Assembly (NCBI GenBank): GCA_040954595.2
Contig: CM082594.2
Coordinates: 948,247 to 1,012,246 of the forward strand
Direction: 5' to 3'
Origin: Balanoglossus misakiensis
Lineage: Eukaryota; Animalia; Hemichordata
Length of the DNA stretch: 64,000 nt
Position numbers and translations under genes: made by a program. Below the pieces are notes generated by a model. It had not been told where the DNA came from. It saw only the letters and a list, made by a program, of their open reading frames with translations, and did no database searches. Positions 15,001 to 27,122 of this stretch are shown here, piece after piece (the stretch's first letter is position 1; every line of letters starts with the position of its first letter).

Positions 15001-18000
15001 TTAGGTCACCACTTCATAAGCGGTCTTACCCGTCATTGGCACAAACAGTCTCAGGAAGTAAGCTTTCAGCCTGCCAATGTAGCTATTGTATTTTCCACTT
15101 TTTGTAATTGAAGCCTGACTGTCGCCTGTCTTATGTCACCACTTCATAAGCGGTCTTACCCGTCGTTGGCACAAACAGTCTCAGGAAGTAAGCTTTCAGC
15201 CTACCAATGTAGCTATTATATTTTCCACTTTTTGTAAGTGAAGCCTGACTGTCGCCTGTCTTAGGTCACCACTTCATAAGTGGTCTTACCCGTCATTGGC
15301 ACAAACAGTCTCAGGAAGTAAGCTTTCAGCCTACCAATGTAGCTTTTATATTTTCCACTTTTTGTAGGTGAAGCCTGACTGTCGCCTGTCTTAGGTCACC
15401 ACTTCATAAGCGGTCTTACCCGTCATTGGCACAAACAGTCTCAGGAAGTAAGCTTTCAGCCTACCAATGTAGCTATTATATTTTCCATTTTTTGTAAGTG
15501 AAGCCTGACTGTCGCCTGTCTTAGGTCACCACCTCATAAGCGGTCTTAACCGTCATTGGCACAAACAGTCTCAGGAAGTAAGCTTTCAGCCTACCAATGT
15601 AGCTATTATATTTTCCACTTTTTGTAAGTGAAGCCTGACTGTCGCCTGTCTTAGGTCACCACTTCATAAGCGGTCTTACCCGTAATTGGCACAAACAGTC
15701 TCAGGAAGTAAGCTTTCAGCCTACCAATGTAGCTATTATATTTTCCACTTTTTGTAAGTGAAGCCTGACTGTCGCCTGTCTTAGGTCACCACTTCATAAG
15801 CGGTCTTACCCGTCATTGGCACAAACAGTCTCAGGAAGTAAGCTTTCAGCCTACCAATGTAGCTATTGTTTTGTAAGTGAAGCCTGACTGTCGCCTGTCT
15901 TAGGTCACCACTTCATAAGCGGTCTTACCCGTCATTGGAACAATCAGTCTCAGGAAGTAAGCTTTCAGCCTACCAATGTAGCTATTATATTTTCCACTTT
16001 TTGTAAGTGAAGCCTGACTGTCGCCTGTCTTAGGTCACCATTTCATAAGCGGTCTTACCCGTCATTGGCACAAACAGTCTCAGGGAGTAAGCTTTCAGCC
16101 TACCAATGTAGCTATTATATTTTCCACTTTTTGAAAGTGAAGCCTGACTGTCGCCTGTCTTAGGTCACCACTTCATAAGCGGTCTTACCCGTCATTGGCA
16201 CAAACAGTCTCAGAAAGTAAGCTTTCAGCCTACCAATGTAGCTATTATATTTTCCACTTTTTGTAAGTGAAGCCTGACTGTCGCCTGTCTTAGGTCACCA
16301 CTTCATAAGCGGTTTTACCCGTCATTGGCACAAACAGTCTCAGGAAGTAAGCTTTCAGCCTACCAATGTAGCTATTATATTTTCCACTTTTCGTAAGTGA
16401 AGCCTGACTGTCGCCTGTCTTAGGTCACCACTTCATAAGCGGTTTTACCCGTCATTGGCACAAACAGTCTCAGGAAGTAAGCTTTCAGCCTACCAATGTA
16501 GCTATTATATTTTCCACTTTTTGTAAGTGAAGCCTGACTGTCGCCTGTCTTAGGTCACCACTTCATAAGCGGTCTTACCCGTCATTGGCACAAACAGTCT
16601 CAGGAAGTAAGCTTTCAGCCTACCAATGTAGCTATTATATTTTCCACTTTTTGTAAGTGAAGCCTGACTGTCGCCTGTCTTAGGTCACCACTTCATAAGT
16701 GGTCTTACCCGTCATTGGCACAAACAGTCTCAGGAAGTAAGCTTTCAGCCTACCAATGTAGCTTTTATATTTTCCACTTTTTGTAGGTGAAGCCTGACTG
16801 TCGCCTGTCTTAGGTCACCACTTCATAAGCGGTCTTACCCGTCATTGGCACAAACAGTCTCAGGAAGTAAGCTTTCAGCCTACCAATGTAGCTATTATAT
16901 TTTCCACTTTTTGTAAGTGAAGCCTGACTGTCGCCTGTCTTTGGTCACCACTTCATAAGCGGTCTTACCCGTCATTGGCACAAACAGTCTCAGGAAGTAA
17001 GCTTTCAGCCTACCAATGTAGCTATTATATTTTCCACTTTTTGTAAGTGATGCCTGACTGTCGCCTGTCTTAGGTCACCACTTCATAAGCGGTCTTACCC
17101 GTCATTGGCACAAACAGTCTCAGGAAGTAAGCTTTCAGCCTACCAATGTAGCTATTATATTTTCCACTTTTTGTAAGTGAAGCCTGACTGTCGCCTGTCT
17201 TAGGTCACCACTTCATAAGTGGTCTTACCCGTCATTGGCACAAACAGTCTCAGGAAGTAAGCTTTCAGCCTACCAATGTAGCTTTTATATTTTCCACTTT
17301 TTGTAGGTGAAGCCTGACTGTCGCCTGTCTTAGGTCACCACTTCATAAGCGGTCTTACCCGTCATTGGCACAAACAGTCTCAGGAAGTAAGCTTTCAGCC
17401 TACCAATGTAGCTATTATATTTTCCACTTTTTGTAAGTGAAGCCTGACTGTCGCCTGTCTTTGGTCACCACTTCATAAGCGGTCTTACCCGTCATTGGCA
17501 CAAACAGTCTCAGGAAGTAAGCTTTCAGCCTACCAATGTAGCTATTATATTTTCCACTTTTTGTAAGTGATGCCTGACTGTCGCCTGTCTTAGGTCACCA
17601 CTTCATAAGCGGTTTTACCCGTCATTGGCACAAACAGTCTCAGGAAGTTTGCTTTCAGCCTACCAATGTAGCTATTGTATTTTCCACTTTTTGTAAGTGA
17701 AGCCTGACTGTCGCCTGTCTTAGGTCACCACTTCATAAGCGGTCTTACCCGTCATTGGCACAAACAGTCTCAGGAAGTAAGCTTTCAGCCTACCAATGTA
17801 GCTATTATATTTTCCACTTTTTGTAAGTGAAGCCTGAGTGTCGCCTGTCTTAGGTCACCACTTCATAAGAGGTCTTACCCGTCATTGGCACAAACAGTCT
17901 CAGGAAGTAAGCTTTCAGCCTACCAATGTAGCTATTATATTTTCCACTTTTTGTAAGTGAAGCCTGAGTGTCGCCTGTCTTAGGTCACCACTTCATAAGA

Positions 18001-18570
18001 GGTCTTACCCGTCATTGGCACAAACAGTCTCAGGAAGTAAGCTTTCAGCCTACCAATGTAGCTATTATATTTTCCACTTTTTGTAAGTGAAGCCTGACTG
18101 TCGCCTGTCTTAGGTCACCACTTCATAAGCGATCGTACCCGTCATTTGCACAAACAGTCTCAGGAAGTAAGCTTTCAGCCTACCAATGTAGCTATTATAT
18201 TTTCCACTTTTTGTAAGTGAAGCCTGACTGTCGCCTGTCTTAGGTCACCACTTCATAAGCAGTCTTACCCGTCATTGGCACAAACAGTCTCAGGAAGTAA
18301 GCTTTCAGCCTACCAATGTAGCTATTATATTTTCCACTTTTTGTAAGTGAAGCCTGACTGTCGCCTGTCTTAGGTCACCACCTTATAAGCGGTCTTACCC
18401 GTCATTGGCACAAACAGTCTCAGGAAGTAAGCTTTCAGCCTACCAATGTAGCTATTATATTTTCCACTTTTTGTAAGTGAAGCCTGACTGTCGCCTGTCT
18501 TAGGTCACCACCTTATAAGCGGTCTTACCCGTCATTGGCACAAACAGTCTCAGGAAGTAAGCTTTCAGCC
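1..18570. repeat. 130-bp tandem satellite, 143 monomers, continues beyond the window start
   Basis: Monomer CCTACCAATGTAGCTATTAT...CTCAGGAAGTAAGCTTTCAG repeats every 130 bp with few substitutions. Most monomers carry one AAGCTT (HindIII) site. There are 11-bp deletions at ~14580 and ~15869. The array ends abruptly at ...TTTCAGCC 18570. Confidence 0.99.
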
Positions 18571-18661
18571 GAACCGGACCCAACGACACCGACCCATAAT
18601 TATACCTTTGCAAGAAGAGAAATGAACGTAACACAACAGCCAGAAATTATGGATTCATGTG

Positions 18662-18840
18662 GCGTTCTCACTGGCATGTTCACACCGTGCTACAACGGTG
18701 TAGATTTGACACCGACGGAAAAAAACTAGTGAGAACGCTTTACGCCGGTATTACGCCGGTGTTGATTTGCGACGGCGATGGGTGGCGGGTCAGGGCCAGT
18801 GCTGGGCCAGCGCTCCGACGCAAATAGTCAGTGAGAACGC
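18662..18840. mobile_element. MITE remnant (PIF/Harbinger-like ends) next to the satellite
   Basis: 12-bp inverted repeat GCGTTCTCACTG (18662) / CAGTGAGAACGC (18829), with extra AGTGAGAAC copies at ~18728 and ~19341. No clear TSD. Confidence 0.45.
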
Positions 18841-19419
18841 AAAGATAAACAAACACCGTTCAAAAGCGCCTCCCTGCAGTGACTTTTGGGTATGTTTATT
18901 AGGTATAGCCCATTTTCTTTGGTCAGTTTCCATTGTTAAGTCAATCACACTGGACGCGAGTGGTTTTCAAACCATTCGCAGTTTGCCAGGTCTGCAACAC
19001 TCCTGTCTGCTACCAACTTTCAGAAGGTTCTCTCGATCACCGAAAAGCTGAGGCATTTTCCATTTATGGATTAACATTCATTTACTTCTAAACATTATCA
19101 AAACTGTCACAAAGTCGTCTAGAACGCATATGCAGGTATAGAAACTGAAACATGTTGCTGTAATGTCCGCGACGTCCTCAATTTTGTTAGTTGCCGTGTT
19201 GCTAAACATGGCCATTTAGACGGTGTTTATTTCAAAACAGTGGCCAAAAGTTTAGTGTGTGGACGCACGGAGATTCTGTGGGCTAATCCCCTGTGTTTGC
19301 AGAGAGTAAACACTGGCATAACACTGGTGTCGAAACTTTTAGTGAGAACAAGACTATAATGACAACAGCAGGATTTACATCAATGAAAACCTTACACAAA
19401 GAAGAAAATCGTTCGGTCG

Positions 19420-20776
19420 TCAATCAATCAATCAATCAATCAAAACAAACATTTATAAAGCGCCAGAATCAATAACAATGTTATTTCCAAAGGCGCTGAA
19501 AGTATAACATCAGTGTTCGTAGGCTTTGAGAAATAGAAATGTCTTGAGTTTTTGTTTGAAAATGTTGAGACTAGAAGCCTGTTGAATGTCAGATGGCAGA
19601 GAATTCCAAAGTTGTGGCGCGACAACGGAAAAGGCACGTCCACCATATGTTTTGAGTCTGTACTTTGGTACACACAACTGGTTCCTTGAGCTGGAGCGCA
19701 GAGCACGACTAGGCTTATATGGCTTGATCAGATCCTGAATGTAGACTGGGGCAAGACGGTTGAGAGCCTTGTATGTTAGTAGTAGAATTTTGTAGTCGAG
19801 TCTGTGTCGAGCTGGCAACCAATGGAGACTATGAAGAACTGGTGATATGTGGTTTGATTTCCTCGTGCGGGTAATGATTCTGGCTGCTGTATTTTGTGCT
19901 TTTTGAAGTAGATTAATACTGGATTCAGAAAGTCCGTACAGCAATGCATTGCAGTAATCCAGTTTAGATGACAAAACGGCATGTATTACTGTGAGACAAG
20001 TTTCCTTACTGAGATATCTTCTGATGGATCCAATTCGACGTAAGTTGGCATATATCGACTGACAGGTTATTTGAATATGCTTGTGAAACATGTGAGTATT
20101 GTCGAAGGTAACTCCAATGTTGCGGGCAGATTTAACTGGTTGTATTTTACTGGAGCCAATGGTGATACTGTCGAAAGGAACTGGAGAATGGTTAAACTTT
20201 GAACGGATGAGAATAACTTCTGTTTTGGAGTCGTTGAGTTGCAACATGTTTTCCGTCATCCAGTGCTTGATGTCACAGAAACCGGCCTCGATGGAACTGA
20301 CAGCGGTTGATGAATCATTTTGGGAGAAGGACAGGTATAATTGATTGTCATCTGCATATTGGTGAAATTCCAGGTCATGTTGTCGAATAAGTTTCCCTTG
20401 TGGAGAGATGTATATGGTGAACAAAAGTGGTCCGAGGACTGACCCTTGTGGTACGCCACACTGAAGAGGACGGGGTTTACTGGTGACATTTCCAATAATT
20501 ACTGACTGATGTCTGTCCATGAGATACGATTCGAACCATTTGAGGGCGACATCTGTAATGCCAAGGTCCGAGAGCCGGTTTAACAGTAAGCTGTGGTCAA
20601 TGGTGTCAAATGCAGCTGAAAGATCCAAAAGGACAAGTATGACACACTTTCCGGAGTCGAGAGACATGCAAATGTCGTCATGAACTTTCAGGAGAGCGGT
20701 TTCAGTACTGTGGTATTGTCTGTATGCAGATTGTAGTGGTTCCAATAGTGAGTTAGCGGTGAGATAAGTGGTGAGT
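19420..20776 (-). mobile_element. 5'-truncated L2/CR1-group LINE: RT plus C-terminal domain, 3' UTR and (TTGA)n tail
   Basis: Open frame 20776-19510 carries LEPLQSAYR, STETAL, LLDLSAAFDTIDH, GVPQGSVLGP, QYADD and LHWLP. The 3' UTR has an AGCGCC...GGCGCT stem. (TCAA)6 at 19420-19443 on the + strand is the tail. Confidence 0.95.
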
Positions 20777-20986
20777 CCCATGGCGTTGCAGTGAAACTGG
20801 GACATAAAGGTCCAAACAATGAGGCTGACCACATGGTTACGGCTCCAATTACGGCAACTGTGAAGTGTAGTGGAACTGCAGATGACTGACGTTGCCCAGG
20901 GCAACGGCGAACCAGGACCCTGGAGGGCGGAGCAGCGGGACCTGATTGACAGGAGCTGTACATAGCAGTTGTGAACATAGTATATG

Positions 20987-23030
20987 TATGGCGCGTAATC
21001 GAGGCCAAAATTAACTCCTCACTTTTTGAGTGAAAACCATTTGAATCGGACTCAACCTCATTGGCTTTGAAGGTCGACACTTTTGAATCGGAGGACCACA
21101 TTCGTTTTGAGCTGACACGCATTTGAATCGGACTCCCAAGCATTTGATTTGAAGGTCGACACTTTTGAATCGCCGGACCACATTTGTTTTGAGCTGACAC
21201 GCATTTGAATCGGACTCAACCTCATTTGAGTTGGGACAAACCATTTTTGACTTGGGGTACACTGCATTTGATTTGAGTGACGATACTTTTGAGTTGAGAC
21301 AAACTGTTTTTGAATTTGAGTCCACCGCGTTCCATTTGAGGCTCAACTTGTGAATGGGACACCATCTCATTTGATTTGACTCAGGTTTTTCTTCCAATTG
21401 ATTGTACCAGAATGTGGCTCTCCGTAAAACAACCCTTCTTTGTAGCGATTAGCTTTGCCCAGACAACATGAAACGTCACAAAGTGTCATGCCCTATGTCA
21501 CATGACGTCATTAATATATACAGGTGTTTTCTGTTACTGAACTGGGGGGTCTGGAAGGACTGACCCGGAACCATATATAGGTTGTGTGTTTCATATCAGT
21601 AATAGGTTCCCGCCCGTAGGCAACGCATGTAAGTTCCCAAAAAGTTATATTAGAAACAATGAGACAGGCCTACAAGAGAAAAAAAAAGTAATGTCTATTT
21701 CTACTTTTCAAAAGAAAACATACCCAGTATGCATAGTGATCGGACACAGGGCATGACGCTTTGTGACGTTTCATGTTGTCTGGGCAAAGCTTATCGCTAC
21801 AAAGAAGGGTTGTTTTACGGAGAGCCACATTCTGGTACAATCAATTGGAAGAAAAACCTGAGTCAAATCAAATGAGATGGTGTCCCATTCACAAGTTGAG
21901 CCTCAAAAGGAACGCGGTGGACTCAAATTCAAAAACCAGGGTTCGTACGCTCCTGGAAACTCCCGGAATTTGAAACCCCTCCTGGAAACTCCTGAAATCT
22001 CCTGGAAATTCAAAATTTCTCCTTGAAACTCCTGGAAAACCGCGAGTCACAATCGCATTTCACCGGATCGTGAAACAGTACGCGTTGCCCATTTCACTCA
22101 GCGCACCAGTTATCTTTAGACAGGCGTCCTATAAATAGTATCATTGACGTAGTAATGCACAAATTGCAACAACTAACGCAGCTCAGCATTCCGGTCGCAA
22201 CAAAATATCTAAAACTTGACAAAAGATGTAGCAACTTTTGTATGCAGACGACCGCGGCAGACACCCGTGAGATCGATGTTCAAGGGCAATTAGTGACGTC
22301 AAAATGAAGCAAAAAAGGCAGACGTTTTTGTGTGTTTTTTTCAGCAGCAAAGCAGTAATTTCCATCGGTAATTTGTCGATTTTATCACGACAGAAATCAT
22401 TGCTTTAGGGACCGTTCTTTTTTTACGGCCGAGGGTGTGGGGGGGGTGTCACTTAAATTTTAGCCAAATATATTAAATGATTTGGGAACCTAGGAGATCT
22501 CTTGGTGAAAATTGTTTTACTAGGCCTTCATGGGGAGGTCATTGAAATTTGTACTATCACAGTGAATGTAACAGTAATAGTAAAGTTTTTTGTTGCGTAA
22601 AACATCCTGGAAAATGGCATTTTTACCAAAAAAACTCCTGGAAAATTACTGGAAATCTCCTGGAAACTCCTGTAATTTTGAATTGCTCTAGGTGTATGAA
22701 CCCTGAAAAACGGTTTGTCTCAACTTAAAAGTATCGTCACTCAAATCACATGCAGTGTACCCCAAGTCAAAAATGGTTTGTCCCAACTCAAATGAGGTTG
22801 AGTCCGATTCAAATGCGTGTCAGCTCAAAACAAATGTGGTCCGGCGATTCAAAAGTGTCGACCTTCAAAGCCAATGAGGTTGAGTCCGATTCAAATGCGT
22901 GTCAGCTCAAAACGAATGTGGTCCTCCGATTCAAAAGTGTCGACCTTCAAATCAAATGCTTGGGAGTCCGATTCAAATGCGTTTCACTCAAAAAGTGAGG
23001 TGTTAAATTTGGCCTCGATTACGCGCCATA
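20987..23030. mobile_element. Non-autonomous foldback DNA element with ~510-bp inverted arms and TATGG...CCATA ends (IS3EU-like termini)
   Basis: Ends TATGGCGCGTAATCGAGGCCAAA / TTTGGCCTCGATTACGCGCCATA. Left arm is 20987-~21500; right arm is ~21742-21936 plus 22706-23030. Direct repeat GTATATG flanks it at 20980-20986 and 23031-23037. Arms contain ~82-bp subterminal repeats. Confidence 0.9.
21937..22705. mobile_element. hAT-like MITE with 6-bp TSD, nested in the foldback right arm
   Basis: TIR CAGGGTTCGTAC / GTATGAACCCTG, TSD AAAAAC at 21931-21936 and 22706-22711, subterminal CCTGGAAA repeats. The uninterrupted left arm shows the empty site. Confidence 0.9.
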
Positions 23031-23741
23031 GTATATGAAATAATTTAAAATAGTCATTGCTCTCTGGGTCCATCATTTTCAGTAGAAGTGACCTGATTTC
23101 ACATCAATAGTTTACCACCCGTCATTTCCAGCTAATTTCATGTAGTACAAAACTCCTATACAACATAATGACAATTCTAGAACCTTTTTCTGCTGGTTGG
23201 GCCGACAGACTAACACTAGTGGTTCTAAAAAGAAACTTCCATAACAACCTGTACACTTGACGCGTTCAAGTCAAGGAAGACCTAACCCATTCCAAATATG
23301 CAAATTAGGAAAAGACGCATACATGCATTCCTTGCATCCCCAGAGACACACACAGGAAATCAAGTGAGTGCGGCCACTAGCTGGAAGAGCTGAATTCAAT
23401 GCATTGCCTTGCGATGTTCGTTATACAGGGGGGTGATGATCAATGAACAGAACAGCGGTCCACTTTCACGAGTTGTAGTGCACTGATCGTGGCAAGTTGA
23501 TCATTGCAAAACAAACGACTATGTTAGATAGCAGTGCTTCACAAGTTTGGCTAATTTGTTTGAAAATCGTCTCGCCAAACACAACCTTTTTCTCGCATTT
23601 GCGATTTGGCGAGCGGGTAGCGAAAACACTGTTGGCTAATCCGTTCCGATTTCTGTCACCGTTCCAATTCTTCCTCAACACCTCAAAGCTACACACCCCT
23701 ACTAGAAAATAGTATGAATTCTTGACGGACGGAAGTAGTAG

Positions 23742-26700
23742 CAGTCGAGAAACTGGGTAGTGAATTTGCATATTTTATCATCGCCGGAGCCTCGCTTTCG
23801 AACACGCGGGAGCTGCAAACATGGCGTTCGCTACCCTCGCCATTGTCATGTTAACACATTTTTAGAAGTGGTTTATCTCAGTTAAAACCCCGAAAGAAAA
23901 AGAAAAATCAACTTTTCTGAGGTATTATAAAGTAATTATTGGGATAACGAAAAAATCCGCCATTTTTAGCGTCATTTTCTTGCAATTCAAGACCTATCTC
24001 GGCACCAGTCATTACGGTGATTTATCACGCTACGACGGGCCAACTTTCAGCGAACGGGTACGGGGTCAAGGAGGTCGTGAGCCATCACGATATTTCAATC
24101 AAATGATTTGGAAAGTTCAAGGGTACTTCAGTCCAAATATGGGAGTAGTGCCGCCTTGCAAACGCAAACGACGCAGTGTTGACTGATCCAGGTCACTTCT
24201 TCCGGGTTTCGATGTTGCGCGCGATGTGTATGCGTCGAAGTTAGTCATGCGTACAGGTCTGTAGGTTCCCGGCGTTAATTAAAGCCGCCCGGCCGCGAAC
24301 CACACGGTGTGAGCTAAAGCCCAACCTGCACGACCCAGTCCACCAGGGCTACAATTATTGCGGCTACGGTTATGCGAAATACTGACTCTCCTTGCAAGTC
24401 ACCGCGTATGTTGCATGCCCCCCCCCTACCCCCCCCCCGCCACGTACAGCCACACTGAGTTAGTAACATTGGCAAATACATTTGCTAGTTTTACCCAGCA
24501 ATTTCATCATCACTGTCAAGGTGCTATCATCAACTTCGAGAACATTTTCTTCTGGTAAATCATATTCTTGTTCATCCTCAATAATTTCTTCTATTTCACA
24601 ATTTGTGATTTCATTATCATCATTATTTGTTTCTTCTTCAATAATTTCATCAGTTTCTGTCTGCAGTTCCCTGCCCTTGTTATTGTATTGTTCACACAGT
24701 TCAGGCAATTACAGCCTGGGCCACACATCATGGCCTTCTTTTTGCATTTACATGTATTATTCCTGCATCCTGTTTTCTTACATTTACACCCTTTTGTGTA
24801 AAACATCACACGCTCTTGAACCTTCTGCATATTTTCCACAGAATCCCACAGTATATTTATTTTTCCATTTTCCACATTGTATCCTGAGTTTTCATAAGAA
24901 GGAAGTGTAATGTGATGTCGGTCAGATTGTGACCAATAACATGGGTTCTCCAACAACCAGTTTGTCCCCAACATGCATTGCATTGCTGTTTTGATTAAAA
25001 TTATTTCATCCAGCTCAGCCTCTGGATTAAAATTATCAAATTATCTTGAAGTTTACATATAATTGTTTGATAACCCTGTGTCACTTCAGTGACAATTGTT
25101 TTCTTTACATTTTTCTACTGTGCGGTACAAAGACATGTAGCACTTTTTACACAGTGTGCTAGTTTCATCCAGTTTTAATCCAGGATAGTCCCTATGTTCA
25201 GTAAAGTGCTCCATTAGTAACTCTGGATTGTGGGGATATTTTAGAGTAGAAGAGGTCAAGCGTTTATGACAATGGCTAGAAATCTGGTTTTATCATCCAC
25301 CCAGGTTTTGTGGCAAGAGACATTTCCACAAATGTGACACGTTTTGTCTTTTTGATGAGGTGCCTGTTCGGTACTACCCTGGGCTTGTGCTTCAAATTAT
25401 TTTTCTACACATATTCTTCAGCTATTGCATAGACAACCAGATGGAGATAAATTCATTTCTTTTACAACCCAATCTTTGAAATTGTCTGGCTTATTTACTG
25501 TACCCGGTATGTGGTACCATCTTGGAGTTGATGATATGCTACACTTTTTTTGGGTCCACATTTTTCTTTGTCAGGGTGAGCCTGCTGACTTAATGGAAGA
25601 ACTCCTCCAAACCCACTAATATAAATGTATAAATGCATCCCCCCTTTTGTTGGTATATTTATTTGTCCATACAAGGGTTTTCCCTGAAAGAATAATTTGA
25701 AACTATCAGTATTCAAATTTAATTCCTCAGATATTACATTTTTCAAGGAGCTGACATATGGATCTGTGAGCCGAAAAAAAATACTCATGTGAATTTAGAT
25801 GAACAATTATGTCACATCCACTTGCAATCTTTTTATCAGATTGAATTGCCTGGAATTTTGATTTGAGTCTACAGAATCTGCTTTGTATGTCACATAACAG
25901 GAGTAAGGCTTGACTGCATTGTGACAAACGTATTTTAATCATGGTTTCTGCCATAATAATGGACTTGTCTTTTATAAATTCTTGGCGACGCTTATAGCAA
26001 TGATGTTTTAGAGGTCCTGACATTTTGCACACAGACTGCAGCAATTTTTTAAACTCTTGCAGTTGATTACACACTGTTTTTATTTGTTTCACTACATTAT
26101 TTTTTACTTTACTCTTATCCCGCATTTGTTAATACAAATATAATATCGATGCTCTGCCAGTCGTTAAAATGTGGAAATATGGTACTTGTAAGCTTTGTAA
26201 TTATTAAATGAAGGCTTGCTAGCAGTTTTAAGCACTTTTAAAATATTTGCAACTTTTGTTTTTATTTCAGTTGAGTTTGTATACAGAACCTTGTTTTTTT
26301 CCACTTCAGAGCAGGTTTTCTTAATTTGCAACAGTGCATTTTTACTGACAGAGTTTATGCGTGAACGATGCACCCTCCTTGTGCACAAAGACAAGGATTG
26401 ACTCCACATACAATCACCATTTTTATGCGTTTTATGGTTATCTGTAGTACAAACATGTACTTAGTAGTATAACCCTGGAAGCCAACAATGCACCAATAAA
26501 TCCGAAAAAAATCCACTTCTCTGGTAAAACAATAGCAAAGTGATAGCTATGTTAATGTGAGACGAAAATATACACGATTTAGTCAAACATAAGTCCAACG
26601 AATCATGCGTGGATGCACCTCAGTGACACGATCACGATCCGATGAGAGAGTAAACAATCAGCCGCCATATTGGATTTTGCTGGCGTCGACCACCCAAAAC

Positions 26701-27122
26701 ATACTCAAATTCAATGGCCCGAAACTCCACTTTGGGAAGCTTGAGCCAAAACGAAACGATATCCGTTCATATAGATATAAAACTAATACAAAAAGCACAC
26801 TTGAAACAATTTTATGCTTGCAAACGGAAACGACGCAGTGTTTATTTTACCACATTCGCTAGACGTCGCTTACAAATGATATCAGAGATCGAACAGAAAT
26901 ACGATAAATTTTCCACTTTCAACACGATCGGACGATAGGTTACGTCTATCAAACCTGAGGGACGCAGTTTGGTGGCACAAATCTCACCTTTTGGTGTAGA
27001 AAAAGACGATTTTCTGAAACTGAAAGAATACACCAACGGTTCTCGAAGTAATGGTGGCGCTGTTGAAATTCAAAGTAAAATCTCATTAACATATGCAAAT
27101 TCACTACCCAGTTTCTCGACTG
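23742..27122 (-). mobile_element. Internally deleted Academ-like DNA transposon
   Basis: Perfect 32-bp TIR CAGTCGAGAAACTGGGTAGTGAATTTGCATAT at 23742-23773 and 27091-27122. 4-bp TSD GTAG. Internal Cys-rich transposase relics. Confidence 0.8.
24460..26409 (-). pseudogene. Decayed transposase frame: N-terminal region, ubiquitin-like domain, Zn fingers, then C-terminal Cys8/CXC domain and acidic tail; catalytic core not seen
   Basis: Minus-strand fragments: LFFQGKPL..HLYIYISGFGG; CSISSTPRWYH..CLCNS*RIC; CHIC; LCKKCY; ILWDSVEN..RV..GCKCKKTGCRNNTCKCKKKAMMCGPGCNCLNC. Multiple stops and frameshifts. Confidence 0.75.

Noticed and set aside
1-18570. CRISPR-like regular array
   Set aside because: The whole 130 bp repeats; there are no unique spacers and no cas genes, and the context is eukaryotic.
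20777-20904. N-terminal ~43 aa of the 464-aa ORF as part of a full gene
   Set aside because: LINE similarity starts at LTTYLTAN. The upstream part is read-through into flanking DNA and there is no endonuclease domain.
20688-23038. ORFs repeated on both strands (e.g. SAQNKCGPAIQKC)
   Set aside because: They are translations of the foldback arms and their subrepeats.
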